A stretch of 63,760 nucleotides of DNA, counting the filler, from Sluysia triapertura (Eukaryota), in assembly GCA_046118255.1 (NCBI GenBank). It is 5 parts of 5 records of this genome, joined end to end, with 100 filler letters (N's around TTAATTAATTAA, not from the genome) between each part and the next. Parts side by side here need not be neighbours in the genome. Positions count along the whole stretch, not along the records: positions 25,926 to 36,916 come from JBJNIA010190474.1; positions 37,017 to 52,386 come from JBJNIA010230011.1; 3 more parts are not named here. One strand, 5' to 3'. A program made the translations under genes and the position numbers. Shown piece after piece: positions 25,826 to 39,837 of this stretch. The notes beneath the pieces were generated by a model. It ran no database searches, was not told where the DNA came from, and worked only from the letters and a program-made list of their open reading frames with translations. The first letter of the stretch is position 1, and the number at the start of each line of letters is the position of its first letter.

Positions 25826-28800
25826 NNNNNNNNNNNNNNNNNNNNNNNNNNNNNNNNNNNNNNNNNNNNTTAATTAATTAANNNNNNNNNNNNNNNNNNN
25901 NNNNNNNNNNNNNNNNNNNNNNNNNAACATATACAAAACAGGTATGAATAATCGAGGTTGCGAGGAACAAGCAAAATTCCGTGGTGTATGCTTACTTCTT
26001 ATCGAACTAATTATTTTATTTTTATTCTTAGTGTTATATTTATTATATATTTTTACAAACGTTATGGTATTAACAAATCATGTAGTTATATTAAATTTAA
26101 TTAGTGTTTCTTTGTTCTCAGTTGTTTCGGGCCTTAAGCCCATGTTTGTAAATATAAAATCAATGTTCATAAGTTTTTATGTTTTAACTGTAATTTATTT
26201 TAAAATTTAATTTAAAATTTAAATATGTTTGGCCCCCGACAATATAATAATAAAAATGGAAATAAATAAATAATGCACAAAAATTCTTTCTTTACTTAAA
26301 ATTTCTTTTTCTTTTAAAATTCTTTTCTTTTGTTTAAAGTTTAAAATTTAAACATTTATTTAATATGTGAAAATAATACAAAATAATTTAAAATAACATT
26401 TAAATTTAATAGTAAAAATGCATAAACTTATTTTCTTTTAAAACATAAATCTTTAAATTCTTTTGAATCATAAAACTTATAATTACTTTTTCTTGAAAAT
26501 AAATTCTTGTAGCCAATAATTAAAAGTTGAAATTGTTAAAGAAATAATAGTGTGAACATAAAAATGTGAAGAATAAAAATTATAAAATGAAATTAGTAAA
26601 AATTGGAAATGATGAAAGAAATTCCACTTTGATTATAATATTTTACTTAACTTTGAAATGTAGATTAGATGATTTTCGATGTTATTAATAACTTTAATGT
26701 TGAAGAATTGTGAACTTAAAATGTGTTGAAATGTCTAAAATTTTAATTGTCTTGAAGGAATAATAGGTGAAATGTGATTTTAGTGTGAAGTGATAAGGTT
26801 GGCCACTATACGTGGTACTTATTTAACAATGCATTTATTAATAAAATATATGAACGTTATCCAATATATCCTGACAAACTTTACAAACGGAACCTGCAAA
26901 CATCAAGATGACAAAATTGACACAAGTGGCTGTTAATTATTATTTTGACACAATCCAGTACATCAGTTACCACAAGAACATTTCGTAAATCGCATTTCAA
27001 CTCCATAGACGAAGAAATATTTTGTTCTTTATGTCAATTACGATCTTTTGATTTTTATTATTTCTTTTTAATTGATGATTATTTTTATCTTAGTTTTCTA
27101 AAGTCCCGTCTCCGAAATGTTCACAGACCCTTATATATTTTATGTTTAAGCATTTGATATATCTCGCACTTATTTTAGACAAAATGTATTTGATTTAGTT
27201 TACATTTTGAATAAATGCCTTTTAGATCGCTTTTATTACTTTTTGTAGTAAATTTAATTTTAATCTTAGAAGTTGTAAAAGAAATTTTAATAGAAATATT
27301 TTAATAATCGATTTTAATAATTATTATCCAAATAAACTTTTACCAAGTAACAATTTAACATCTTTCAATAATACACCACCAAAATGGTCTAGCCTGAATT
27401 ATCAAATGTATATTTTATGATTTTAAACTTTAAATTAGTCTTTTTGAGGTCTAATCTAAATGATTAAATAATTTAATTATAATAACAAATTAAATTTTAT
27501 TATTAATACACACTTAAAGAAAAAACGTAACATAAAATGTATAATATCGATATAATTTTAGTCTTAATATTCAGAATCTACTGTTCTGGTAATAAATTTA
27601 TTTTAATTTAAAATTAAGCTAACTGTGTAAGGTCTAGCGTATATCAAAAAAGATTTTAAGTAGATTTTGACTCTTCTAATTATAGTAAGAGTAAAAAAAC
27701 TTAATGGGAACCAATTTACTGCTTCATGTATTTTCTTTTTGACTAGCTAAAACCGGTGTTGGATTTTGTCAGAAAATTACGTGTTAAAAATTGTGTCATT
27801 GTAAAAAATTCAATCTATTTATATTGTAAACTGCCATCTTGTTTTTTAATATAATTAGTTCGAATAAACAGATTCGAACATTTTAAAATTAAAACTACTT
27901 CTTAAACATTTAATTTATTAATCATTTATTAAAAATATTAATGATTTAATAATTTATATTTTACCAACTAATTTTTTATTTAATTTTATGTTTATAATAA
28001 ATATATATATTTTAAATAAAACATTAAAAACAAAAATATTTACATAATTATAAATATATAAATACATCGATAATCAGCACTCTAACATACTTATAAAAGT
28101 TAAAGTATGATGGGTTCGCCTATAGTAGATAACTTGTATCCTGATGGAGGATGATAGACGATTATCCGCGATTAAACCTTAAGATTAAGGTAATTGTACT
28201 TTGAGAGGGCAAGCTATAGTTTACTTTTTAATCTACTTAACTTTTTACTCCAAACTTTGTGCCTTGATCATTTTCCTAACTTTCATGATTTTTGTAGTTC
28301 ATATTCTCATTGCTGTTGTTATTTTTATCGACTTCTACGGTATTTAACAGAGTAATTGATTTAAATCTTGAAACCAGTTCTTCATCATTTAAAATATAAA
28401 ATGAAGAGTCTTCATTTTTGATAGTTTCATCATTAAATTTTAATTCTAATTTACGCAAATTTGCGGTTGAAGTCAGTGGTAAATTATCTGATCTACTAGA
28501 GGTGGTGGTAATTCAAAATCTAATCCTTTGAGACTATTTTCTGTTTCATTTTTTGGAAATATTTTCTTTTTTACTCCTATGGGTTTTAAATTAGGACTTG
28601 GAGTTAAATTAAATGCTTCAAATTTAGCAACTTTTTTTGATAGAACCAGTCAAAGAATTACGAAAATCGGTATTTACCATTTGGAGTTTTGAATGTTGTA
28701 CAGTATGGATTTTCTTGTATGGTCGCTGCTTTCTGTTTAGGAGACAACATTTTATCTTCCAAATTGCACATTTGTACTTTCAATGCCATTTAATCTAAAG

Positions 28801-29052
28801 CTTTCTCTGTTTTCATTGCTATTCGAGAACGATCATTTGCTCATTCAATATTTGACACATCAGAATTATCTTCGCTATTCATTTTTTTGTAGGTCATATA
28901 AAAATTTTTGAAACGTCAATAAATTTATATATGTTTATTAACCCATATAGTATATAATAAAAACATTTAAAAGTTAATAATCAAACTTTAGCAATGTAAA
29001 AATGTAGTCATTAGATGATGGAGTAATTTGTGATTGGAGTGATTCATGATTT

Positions 29053-30735
29053 TTAAATTGTATGTGAAAGGGGTCGGCGAGTGGCCTGTGTAAGACATTT
29101 ATTTGTGTTGGTAATGTTGGTACCAATATCGTGTGCGATTAAATGTTTTTGACTTGTGCAAAAGGGTTTGTGTGTTGTATTTGCGTTAGGTGTTAGATGA
29201 GGGAAAAAGTTTTTGTAGTGTATGTTAGGCGTTGTGATTTGTTTTTGTGATGGAGTGTGTTCAACTTGTCGTGGTGGAGTTGTGTGTTTATTAGAGTTTG
29301 AAGTAATGTTGTTATGTAGGAGTTGATTTGATGGTAAATTAATACTCGTGTAGTGTTGTGTTATATCAGAGCGTATTTGTTCTAGATCTTTATTAAATTG
29401 GTTAATGAGGTGCGATAAATGACTTCGGTCCGTAGTGTCTGTGACAGTGCACTTGCCAATGTTCCTTGGCTTATGTGGTTTTGTATTGGATGGAATTGTG
29501 TAAATTTTGTTAGTATGAAGTGCCCATTGAACGTGTTTTGGTTCGGTGGTATGTTGCTTAAGATGTTTAGCCGTATTGGTGTTATTTGGTTGTTTAAGAA
29601 TTGATTTAAAATTTGGCTTATCGGGTATGATTGGTGTGGACAATGTACATATAGATGGTGAAGCTACAGAGTTGATATTTGTGCGTTTTTGTTTATTGAT
29701 GTTCTTTGAAGAGTAGCATGAAAAAGTGTAAATGGGTAAGTTTATGTTGGTTGTAGTAAAGCCGTAAGGTATAATCTTGTTATTTTTATTCCACTTATGG
29801 TTGTGGGAGGAATTTTTACTTTGCGTATAAGTGTTTGAGTGGCGATTTTGATGAGGTGAATATGACGTGAAGTCGGAGGTATTTTGTGTGTGAGGTCGGT
29901 GCGTTGTATCTGTTGGACATAAGTCTTTTGTTATACATGGGTATGATTTATGTTTGTTTATAGCTTTGGTTAATGTGTGATTGTGATTGTTAATGTTATT
30001 GATCGTGACCCGATGTTGTGATATAATATGTTGTAAATTATATTGTGTTGAGTTGTTGTTATTCAAACAATCTGATATATTAAGTGGGTGTTTTTGTGAA
30101 AATGAATTAAGGGGTTTAAAATTTATGGTAGGAATGTGTTTAATTTGATTGAAATTGCTTTTAGATTGCTCATTATTCGCTGGAACATATAAGTCCTTGT
30201 AATAATTCGTAATACCCAAAGAATTTAATGCGTATAGATTAATGGGGTTGACATTAAAATTTTGTCTTACATAGGATTTTACTGAGTACATATTAGCTAA
30301 TTTAGAATTTATGTTTAAATCATTTCTAATTTGGTTGAACTTTGTTGAAATAAAAAATTTTAAGATTTTAAAAATAATATCAAAATTATTATTGAAAATT
30401 ACACAAAAAATTACTTTATCTCCGGGAGTGTCACCTTTTCCTTGGTTGAATTGAAGGTAGAATGAAGCATAATTAGAAGTGAAATGTGTGGTGCTTTTAG
30501 AAGTACTTTTCTCCTGACACCATTGTTGTGATGGCCGGTATACGTTATAATTGAAATTGAATTTAGATTTATAATAAAATTTATAATTAAATGTTATTAG
30601 TTTTGAAACATTAAAATTTAACGAAAAGAAATAAACAATATAGTAGTTATATTCACATTTAAAAATAAAATCAACGTTTAAATTACAAAAGGGTTTGTAA
30701 TAATACAGCAATTTAGGCTTCCAAAGCCCATACAT
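29053..30735 (-). CDS. Orphan 560-aa ORF rich in N/H/T/K/P, low complexity
   Basis: Longest uninterrupted ORF in the window; strong C/A strand skew; no family recognised. Confidence 0.4.
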   Translation of the reverse strand: MYGLWKPKLLYYYKPFCNLNVDFIFKCEYNYYIVYFFSLNFNVSKLITFNYKFYYKSKFNFNYNVYRPSQQWCQEKSTSKSTTHFTSNYASFYLQFNQGKGDTPGDKVIFCVIFNNNFDIIFKILKFFISTKFNQIRNDLNINSKLANMYSVKSYVRQNFNVNPINLYALNSLGITNYYKDLYVPANNEQSKSNFNQIKHIPTINFKPLNSFSQKHPLNISDCLNNNNSTQYNLQHIISQHRVTINNINNHNHTLTKAINKHKSYPCITKDLCPTDTTHRPHTQNTSDFTSYSPHQNRHSNTYTQSKNSSHNHKWNKNNKIIPYGFTTTNINLPIYTFSCYSSKNINKQKRTNINSVASPSICTLSTPIIPDKPNFKSILKQPNNTNTAKHLKQHTTEPKHVQWALHTNKIYTIPSNTKPHKPRNIGKCTVTDTTDRSHLSHLINQFNKDLEQIRSDITQHYTSINLPSNQLLHNNITSNSNKHTTPPRQVEHTPSQKQITTPNIHYKNFFPHLTPNANTTHKPFCTSQKHLIAHDIGTNITNTNKCLTQATRRPLSHTI

Positions 30736-30999
30736 TTCACGTGGTTTAGCAAAAGAAACGATATAATGAGTAACTGTCCAAACGTCCGTGCACAGTCACG
30801 ATCGGAGAGTCAGTAGAGTATCGCACTGTATGCATTCTTCCAAAACATAAGGGCATGTGTATGCCGATGTATTATTATGATCAAAATTAAAATATTCTAT
30901 GTTATCTTTATTAAGATCAACTTTAAAATACTTTATATTATCTTTTTACGATTTCGCGTTTAAATGAAAACGTTAAAAGTTATATTTTGCTCTGTTACT

Positions 31000-31945
31000 A
31001 AACTGCACCAATAATTCACTATAAATGATTTTAATAAGAATTTAATAAGAACCTTTTTTAAAATGTTCATAAAATGAATTAACAAAATTAAATATGAGGA
31101 TATATTAATACAATGAAAAAATTGTAGATACAATAAAATATAATAATAACAATTTAGTGAGATTATTATGTTAATAATCTTATGTAGATTGAATTTAAAT
31201 AAGATTTTATTTGGTTAACAATTTAAACATTAACCTCAAACAAGATTATAATGATTTTAAGTCTATTTTACTTTGCATTGTGAAACTATCGCTTAAACTT
31301 ATACGAATAAAACTAACGACAATTAAACTGTTTGCTTTCAGAAATTTAGAAATAGAGAATTAAACTTCAACAAATTTTTAAAATCAATGGTAATGTTTAA
31401 TCTGTCAAAATTGTTATTGTATTTATATTAGAAATAGTTAACCTTGACTTACATAAACAAAAATTTATCGTTAGTTTAGAGATTATTAAATAAATAACTT
31501 TATTTTCATTCAAAATATTAAATTTATTTTCTATTAAAATATTAATACAAATTAAACTTATATTTAAATTAATTCCTAAACATAAATCATAAACATATCA
31601 AACCATCAATATATCAATAAACCAATAAAATAATAATATCACATAGTATACACTAAATTAATTTTTCTGATCATGGTACATTGCATACATTGACACAACA
31701 CTGACATACATTTCCCATCAGGAAAAATTAGTCTCTTAATTTTAACAACATAAGTATCATTAGTGTTTGGAAATGTCAAAAGATTCGCCGTCCGATAAAT
31801 CAGCTCCAAGTTTACCAAATTCGTCACTCAATTCGATTATTTCTGGTTCGTCGTCCAAATCCACTTTATATTCCACACTAGTCCTTTTAGCAGCTTCTTT
31901 TATTAGTGCCGACTTCGTTGGATGTTTAACTGTTTTCATCATGTT
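31000..31945 (-). mobile_element. 3' end of a gypsy-family copy: acidic polyprotein tail, PPT region and start of the 3' LTR
   Basis: DDEPE..GKLGADLSDGESFD resembles DEPE..GALGGDLNEDE near 20230-20330; GAGACTAATTTTTCCTGATGGGAAA then TGT (31735-31708) matches 22466-22434. Confidence 0.6.
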
Positions 31946-34149
31946 ATAAGAAAATGTTTGTTTGATTTCTATTTAATGTATGATTATTAAATGAAAAATT
32001 AAATTTTATGAAATTACAATTAAAATAATAAATTTCATTAAAATCTTTAATAACTAAAGATCTTTCAATAAAAATTTCGTAAAATAATGAACAAAAATAA
32101 TCAATGAAGCCTGATCTATTTTGAACTATAAATGACACCAAACACATTGAGAAACTGACATCACGAAAATGAAAGAAAAAGAATAATGTTAATAATAGAA
32201 TCAGAAGTTATTACTTGATTAGACTTTATTTTAACAGTTGCATAATTCAATAAATAGAAGCGGTAAAACTGATTGACAAATGTTCTTTTTCTACGTTGGT
32301 GGTACACTTATATCACGGCTGTTTTAGTTTTTTCGTGGAAACACACGTTGTTCATATACTGTAGTTTTTCATGGATCTCGTTAACTTTATGAACGAGAAA
32401 ATCAATCTTGCTCATTTGGATAACTTTATGTAAAACTAATTTTTCACTTGAAACTAATGTCTTAATTTAAACAGCTTACTTTAATAATATGAACTTTATT
32501 TCTACTTGACTTAATAATTTCATAGAATAGTTCTAATTTATTAACATAAACATTATTTATGTTAGACTTGCTAACTTGATTTTATTTAGATGGACGTTAT
32601 CTTCGGTCGACTTGATGATTTTTTGATTGAACTTTATTTTATCTACATAGACATTAATAATGGTTGACTTAGTGATTTCATTAATAAGTTCTAATTTATT
32701 AACATAAACTATCTTCTCTTTTATGTGCGCATAAGAAATTAGGTAGAAGTTTTCCATTTAAGCGACTAAATTATTACACTAAAAATTAACTCTTGGCTTT
32801 CTGTATAGTTACTCAAAATTATTTTTAATCGTAGATTTGTGGCGTTACTAATTTTGTAGTAGTAATATACATGCGTTGGGGTTATTTATTTTGGGCTTTT
32901 ATTATTATTATTATTGTTGTTATTAGATTTAAAAACTAATTCAAACTTAATAAAATTCGATGCTTAATTATTATTCTTATTGATGATAATTTAGTCTTAA
33001 TAAAAATCAATATTATTATTTGCAAAGCTTCAAATGTCTCTGGATACTTTGTGTAAACAAATTAATAATAAATGTAAACAATACAAATTCTGTAAAACGG
33101 TTCTAGTTCATTTTTTACTTCCAAACAGGAATGTTTATTTGAGATGTGTGTAATATTGTTTGATTTATTTGGTGTTTGCTTTTCTTTTTCTGCAATACGC
33201 TCAAAATTATTCAATTCATTTAATGTTACCACCACTCGAATTGTACTAGTATCTCTTTGCCTTTGAGCGTCAATTTCTTCACGTACGTCCTTTCTTTCAA
33301 CTTATTAAACATACTTGAAACTTCGCCCCAGATATATTTCTAGGCGAACCAACAAATGTTTGTTTTGTAGACACTTCAGCATTTTCAACGTTCTATCTTT
33401 TGAGTAACAATACTGGATCATTATTGCAACCGAATACTAAACTTAGAATAATTTTGAATTTGAATTTTGTACAGATTTAACTTTATCCTTTAAGCCTGAT
33501 TTAATAAAGTGAAGTTTCTTTGATATCGTTAAAGCTTTATTATTTTACCTTTTGCTAATAATTCATAAACTTGCGCCAAACAGAATCCTTCAAGTTTTAA
33601 AAATAAAATGATAAATTGTCCAGAAAAACAATATCAGATAGACGCGTTAGAATATAATGATGACTAGATAATGTTGCAGAATACGATGCATCATATAGAA
33701 GAGAATTAGAAAGAGTATAGCAAACATGAGTTTAGAAGACGAACAGATAGGAGGCTAAAAAGAATGAAAATGACTAAAAGAGGGTTGGTGGAATTGAACA
33801 TGTTTTATGGAAATTTCATTTTGTTTTTTTTTGAATTTTAAAATAAATTTAGTAAGTTTAGATCTAATGAGTAAATTTAGATATTGTGTAGTGTGTTTGC
33901 GTGGATTTGTAGTTTTAATGTGTTTGTGTTTACTTGTACGAGATGAAGTAGAAGTAGGTGAAAAAGTACTTTCACATGTTATGTCGGATTGTGAGAGAGG
34001 AGTAGTACATAAGTCATTTAAAGAGTTTTGTGATGCAGAAGAACAAGGGAGAGAAACAGGTGAAAGGAGATTGGCAATAGTAGATTGATAAAAATATCCT
34101 AAATTTGTGGTTGAAACGATACATCATTAACAACCAAAATATCAGACAG

Positions 34150-34540
34150 AAATCAAATCTTTAGACATTTTGGTGGAATGGATATAAGATGCGTAGAACC
34201 CTTCTTGCTCTAGACACAAAATTGAGCGATGTGTGTGACGCGAGGTTGGCATAAGTCAGATTTATTGTGCCACGTAACCAATCGTAAGGGATCTTAAACG
34301 TGTGAGGAGAAACCATGATTTCGTCATATGAGGCATTCAACTAAAAGATCCGGACGTTAGATAGATCCTTAGCCTTATGCAAATCCGCTTCTTTATACGG
34401 ATTCTCAGCCGTATCTCCTCTGAATGGAAACGTTTGTGATAAGGAGTGAAGCAGGTTTTTATTACATGGTGTCTGTCATCAAAATCTAACGCCAATTGCA
34501 CCGCAAAGAAGATCAACTTGCTTTTGTCAGTCATTGAAAT
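34150..34540 (-). pseudogene. Retrotransposon accessory ORF remnant (DnaQ/DEDD-like), copy 3
   Basis: DKSKLIFFAVQLALDFDDRHHVIKTCFTPYHKRFHSEEIRLRIRIK is clearly paralogous to the 22851-23297 ORF. Confidence 0.7.
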
Positions 34541-35856
34541 ATGTGGGTTATGAATAAAAGTTATTCGCTCAACCTACTTGTAAAGTTTGTGTCTGATTCA
34601 TATAACAATGGTTACTTAACTGTGTCTAAAAGTAATTAATAAAATTTTATGTTAATAATAATAATTATTATAATAACTTGATAATAATAATAACAATAAC
34701 AATATTGTTATTATTATTATCAACACTAAAAGAAAAACGCATAAATCTCTTGTTTCTTAACTAACATTAACTTGCTTTTAGTACTTTCATATTCTTAACA
34801 TATTTTAAATCTAGAAATGGTTAAATTGAATTCTATAACAATGACGACAAAAGAAACGGTTTTAAAGTTATTATGGTTATTAAATTACATAAATTGCTGA
34901 ATTCTTTAAAATTATACATGATCTTCCTTTAAATCCTTTAGATTTCTTCATATATTGCGATAAATTTAAATATATTTAAAACTAAAATATCTGAATAAAG
35001 ATTAGTTTAAATGAATTTGCATTTGTGATTAACGTTTTAAGGTATGATAGCAGTTTTATGTCGTCTAGTGAAATGGAAAATGTTAGAATGGATTCTTAGG
35101 TGGTGATTTAAGTTCTTGATTGAAAGCGACATTTGAGTATTGGCAGATTGTGAATAAAAGACCTATTGAGAAGAATGTGGTTTAGTAAATGTGAAAAGGT
35201 AATTATAATACAACTCTTGGTATATTTGAAAGCTTATTGTGCAATGTTTTACGTGATTTGTTTATTTATTGTTTTTAAGTGGATAATTTCAAATGTGGTT
35301 GTTGTGAATGTCGAGTTATATGTTTTTGCTGGATTTGTTGATGTAAATTGGTAGTATTGGATGTAAATGAGATGTTTAAGCTGTAAGATTGTGAATTGTT
35401 CTATGGGTGTAGAAAAGATGATATGTAAATATTAGAATGTTAGGAGTTATTTTTGTCAAATTTAATAATATTAAGTGTTGACCACCACATATACCGTTAT
35501 ATAAGGAAATCAGTTACTGATAATTTGCGTGTGGTTTTGCTTGTGTTTGATTCATTTCTGAATGAAAAGAGTAGGTTGGTAAGAATTGAAAGTATTAGTT
35601 ATGTTAATTTAATATGTGTTAGTTTTATATTAATTACATTTTTATTTAAGTCATTAATTACCTATGTATTTTAGGAAGAATGACAATTAATTTAGATATG
35701 ATTTTTATTGAGGAATGGATTTATTGTTCTAGTCTTATTCTTTTTATATAAGCCGGCTTTCTTATATAGACGCCTTATTTGTCTGCGACGTCGATTATGC
35801 CTTTGAGATTTTATTAACCCAGTAGGATAATTTGGTGGAGGTATATTTATTGAATG

Positions 35857-36125
35857 TCACTTGTTTTGACTTATGATATAATCTGGTTGGATTACTTTTA
35901 CCTCAATAATTTCAATATTCTGATCAATAAGATTAAAAGGAATATCTTCTAAGATGTAAGTATGTCTATATTTACCCTTATAAAATACCTGTATTTCATT
36001 TATTGAAGTCCTGCAAAGTGGACACTTCATATACTCAGTAGATGACAAATAGAAACGATTGAGTATGCTAACAAGGATGTTTTGTATAATGCTTATGTAT
36101 GGAGTGTTGATATATTGGACGATCG
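35857..36125 (-). pseudogene. Decayed RING-finger-like ORF
   Basis: KCPLCRT motif with upstream R(C)PIY(C)...PC*HT across a frameshift. Confidence 0.4.
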
Positions 36126-36632
36126 AGTGAAGTATATTGCCAAATTTAAGAAGAAAATAAAAATAAAATCAGATAATAATATTTTAAAATTAATAAAATT
36201 GTTAGTTTAAATGATATAGTTATGATCCTAATTATGGATATAGCTAAAAATTATGTTATGAACAATAATTTTTTAAAGTTATGTGACCGGTTGGACAGAA
36301 AATAACCGTCAACATCGATCACTCGTAAATTTTGTCATACAATTACTCGTTTAAAATTAGATGAAACTCATGAAGATAATTTTCTAAGGTTTTTTCGAAA
36401 TGTGAAACCACTCGATAATTCCGAAAAGCAAAACATCGAAACAGTGAAAATATTTTTAGTGTTACTCTCATCAAATTGAGAAAAAGTGTATGAATTTGGA
36501 ATTGAAGTTGTAATTATTTTATTTGAAAACCCTCCAAAAATCAGTATTGTGGTTGAAGCAGTTAAAAATTAATCATGACAACGTATATTTTGATTCATCA
36601 GATGAAATTGTAAAAGACAAAGATAGTCTAAT

Positions 36633-36915
36633 TGTAGGGAATTCATCACATAAAATTCATCACACTTCATCACATAAAAACACTCCATACGTACACAGAC
36701 TATTAAACAAACTACTAAACTCATTCAAAAAGAAACATGATCATCATGTCTAATTATCATGAACTATCGCTATTATTATTACGTTTCAGATCATATCAAA
36801 ATATATATAATAATTATAGTCATTATTGTTAAATAATAAAAATACCAAATAATAACTTTTACAATAACTTTTATAATAATTTTCATAATAAAATTTCATA
36901 ATAAATTTCAATGAT
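36633..36915 (+). repeat. Dispersed LTR-like repeat, family 2, second copy
   Basis: Homologous to 24988-25320; cut by a gap. Confidence 0.7.
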
Positions 36916-37119
36916 TNNNNNNNNNNNNNNNNNNNNNNNNNNNNNNNNNNNNNNNNNNNNTTAATTAATTAANNNNNNNNNNNNNNNNNNNNNNNNNNNN
37001 NNNNNNNNNNNNNNNNATACATAAAAATAATGAATTTAATTTCACTTTCCATTATTTAATTAATTTTCTATTTTTCACACCCAATTTTCTAATTAAAAAG
37101 GTTTTAAGGTTCTTATTCT

Positions 37120-37730
37120 CAAACGAACCATTTTACAAACATTTTGAGTTCACTTATGGATTCTCGTCTTTCATAGCAATCATCTCATATTTCATTCATC
37201 ACATTTACATCACTCTAAGTATTAAAAATTTAACATTCCATAAATAAAAATTAATTAAAATTTGACTTTGATCAATAATAAACCTTTTTTTTTCATAAAC
37301 TCGGTCAAACTATACCTTCACCGAAAGGTTTTTAAAACAAATATATTCACAGTTTCACATTCAAACGTTATTCACAAAAATGTAATTAAGTTAATTAATC
37401 TATTTTTGACTTATTATTATTTTACGTTTAAAGGTTTTATTTAGACTCTAAAGTTATTTATTAATTTACAAGACATTCAGGAGACTAGATGTTTCACCTT
37501 CAATAATATAATTCCTTTTTCTACTTCTTCATGTTAATTATTATTACACCAGATTTACTATTAACAGTGATATTATTTCTGAAATATTTTAAAGATTTCA
37601 GAAGCTTATCAAGGTTTCAAGTCTCATAAAGGTTCATAAAGTCTCAGATGATCTTAAGGTTTACAAGTTCAAAGGTTGTCTAATGCCTTTAAAAGTTTTC
37701 CAAGTCCATATCAAGCTTCCCCAATGTCTC
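37120..37730 (+). repeat. Dispersed ~600-bp repeat (copy 1)
   Basis: Colinear similarity to 52488-53165, e.g. CATAGCAATCATCTCATAT, AACTCGGTCA, CTAGATGTTT(T)CACCTTCA, ACAAGTTCAAAG. Confidence 0.75.
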
Positions 37731-38123
37731 ATGTGGTGCCATCCTCAAAATTTATAAAATTTCATAATCAACCTATTCACTTCACTGTTACTTTCCCACA
37801 TTAACATAAACTATAAATCATGCTCTCTAAATTCCAAACCTCACACTAAAATCATTTGTATCAATATCACAGTTCCTTTCCCTCTGATTATCATCCACAC
37901 CATCATCATCACTCTCAATTTTACCTTTACTATTTTATTATTTCTATAATTTTTATTATTATTATAATTGTCATTACTTTAATTATTTTTATTGTTTTTA
38001 TATATCTATATATCTTAAATACATCTAATTTATTTACATAATCTATTTTTAGCTTTTAAACAAGATAAAAATGAAGAATATATGTAGCGAAGACGACGAA
38101 TTGTTAGAAACTCGTTTCAATGA

Positions 38124-38630
38124 GGTTACAAATCCTTTAAATCCTATTTTAATGAACAAGTAGCAATTGCGTTTTGTGAACAAGTTATTAATGAAGTTGA
38201 AAAGTTTACTCAAAATTTGCCAGCAGATTTAACCATTGGTGTTTTAAAGAAGTTATTAGAATCAAAATTAAATGTTCCCGACCTAAATCAAAAATTAATC
38301 TTATACGGGATACTAGCTGATAATGTTACTCTAGGTGAATTAAAGTTAAATAAATCCTGTAAAGCAATGGGTGTTAGCTTATCTCAAAATGAAAGTGAAA
38401 GTTTATTTAAAATGGAAGCTGATGTTGAAGCTGTTTTACTTGCTCATTTAGATAAAATATTTAAAAAGATTTCGATAGTTCAGACACGTGACATGAATAC
38501 TAATGCAAATAAAGCGTTTACTTTTGATGTTAGTATGATATATCATAAGGCAATTATGACAGAAACCGTCGATTATGGGGTCCTGCAAATGCAGATTAAT
38601 CTCCAAGACGAGCAACTTTCTGGCCAGTAA
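38124..38630 (+). CDS. BAG1-like protein (ubiquitin-like domain plus helical BAG-like region); start unclear, possibly a pseudogene
   Basis: TIGVLKKLLESKLNVPDLNQKLILYG.LADNVTLGELKL is a UBL fold; the following SESLFKMEADVE..HLDKIFKKISIVQ resembles the BAG1 linker and first helix. The upstream ATG at 38071 is out of frame. Confidence 0.5.
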   Translation, partial: GYKSFKSYFNEQVAIAFCEQVINEVEKFTQNLPADLTIGVLKKLLESKLNVPDLNQKLILYGILADNVTLGELKLNKSCKAMGVSLSQNESESLFKMEADVEAVLLAHLDKIFKKISIVQTRDMNTNANKAFTFDVSMIYHKAIMTETVDYGVLQMQINLQDEQLSGQ

Positions 38631-39758
38631 GACTTTCATAAATTCAAACTTTTATTCTACGTCAAGATTGATGGTATGCTTTGTACGTATTGATTTTTTT
38701 TCGCGAAATAGATAAACTGCATGTTTATCTTGTTTAATTAAAAAGATAACTCACGGCCATAAGCCTATGTTTTATTTTGAACTAGTAATATTCGTTAAGT
38801 CCAAATTTTGTAAATTAATTTTAAATAATTTGATCAATATATTTTTAAAATTACTATTATCTTTTGTTAAAAACACTTGCTAGTTACTGATTTTTTAATG
38901 CAAATATTTCAATACTATACCACCCGACCACAGCACTCAACAACTTATGTAAATCTTTGAAACTCAAGTATTCTTCAACTCTCAACATGACTACAATTAT
39001 TGCCATCTTCATTACCATCCATTCTCCATCCAACAATATTTTATTGTTTATATTCATCATTTTATTGTTTATGTTCTTCATTTATTTTATAGTTCTGTTT
39101 CTTACTTATCTCTGATCCACAGTTGGAGAATCCCAATAATTACCTCCACATGCGATTATTTCATTACATTAAAATTATTTTTATTTCATCTATAATTATT
39201 GTTACATCATCTACATCTATTTCCTTAATAGTTAATACTGGTGCTTCATGATTATATTATATTTCGGACTTTGTATTTTGTTATCACTTGTATAATTAAT
39301 GCTATATCTTTCTTCATTCGAAGACCTTTCAATAATTTTTAACACGATCGCTACCAACTAAGAGTTAGCTTGTAGATCGAAGTTTGTGTTTGACCCCAGC
39401 TACAACTTAATTCGTAGAATTTGTTAAACTTTATTGGCTTAGTGTACCTGTTTTTGAAAATGTTGCGAATGTGTTAAATTAAATCCATTTACCAACTTTA
39501 TGAGATATAATTTTATTTCCATTTCTCTCTCTTTCACCCATATATTTATAAGTCATAACATTTTGCAAACAAAATTGGCAGATTTTGTCTAACGGTTTGC
39601 TTATATTATAGTACCAATTGTTAAAATTGTACTTTTATCCTACTCAATACTCCAATGTGATTTATTTACCTTTTACACAAAATGAAATTCAAAAACTGGT
39701 ACCTGTCTAATCAAATGCCATATAATCATCTAACTTAAGAGATGAAAAATAACAATAC

Positions 39759-39837
<79 letters not shown>

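Noticed and set aside
28670-28715. RT-like motif PYCTTFKTPNGKYRF on the minus strand
   Set aside because: No neighbouring RT motifs, and another frame is open for longer; probably chance.
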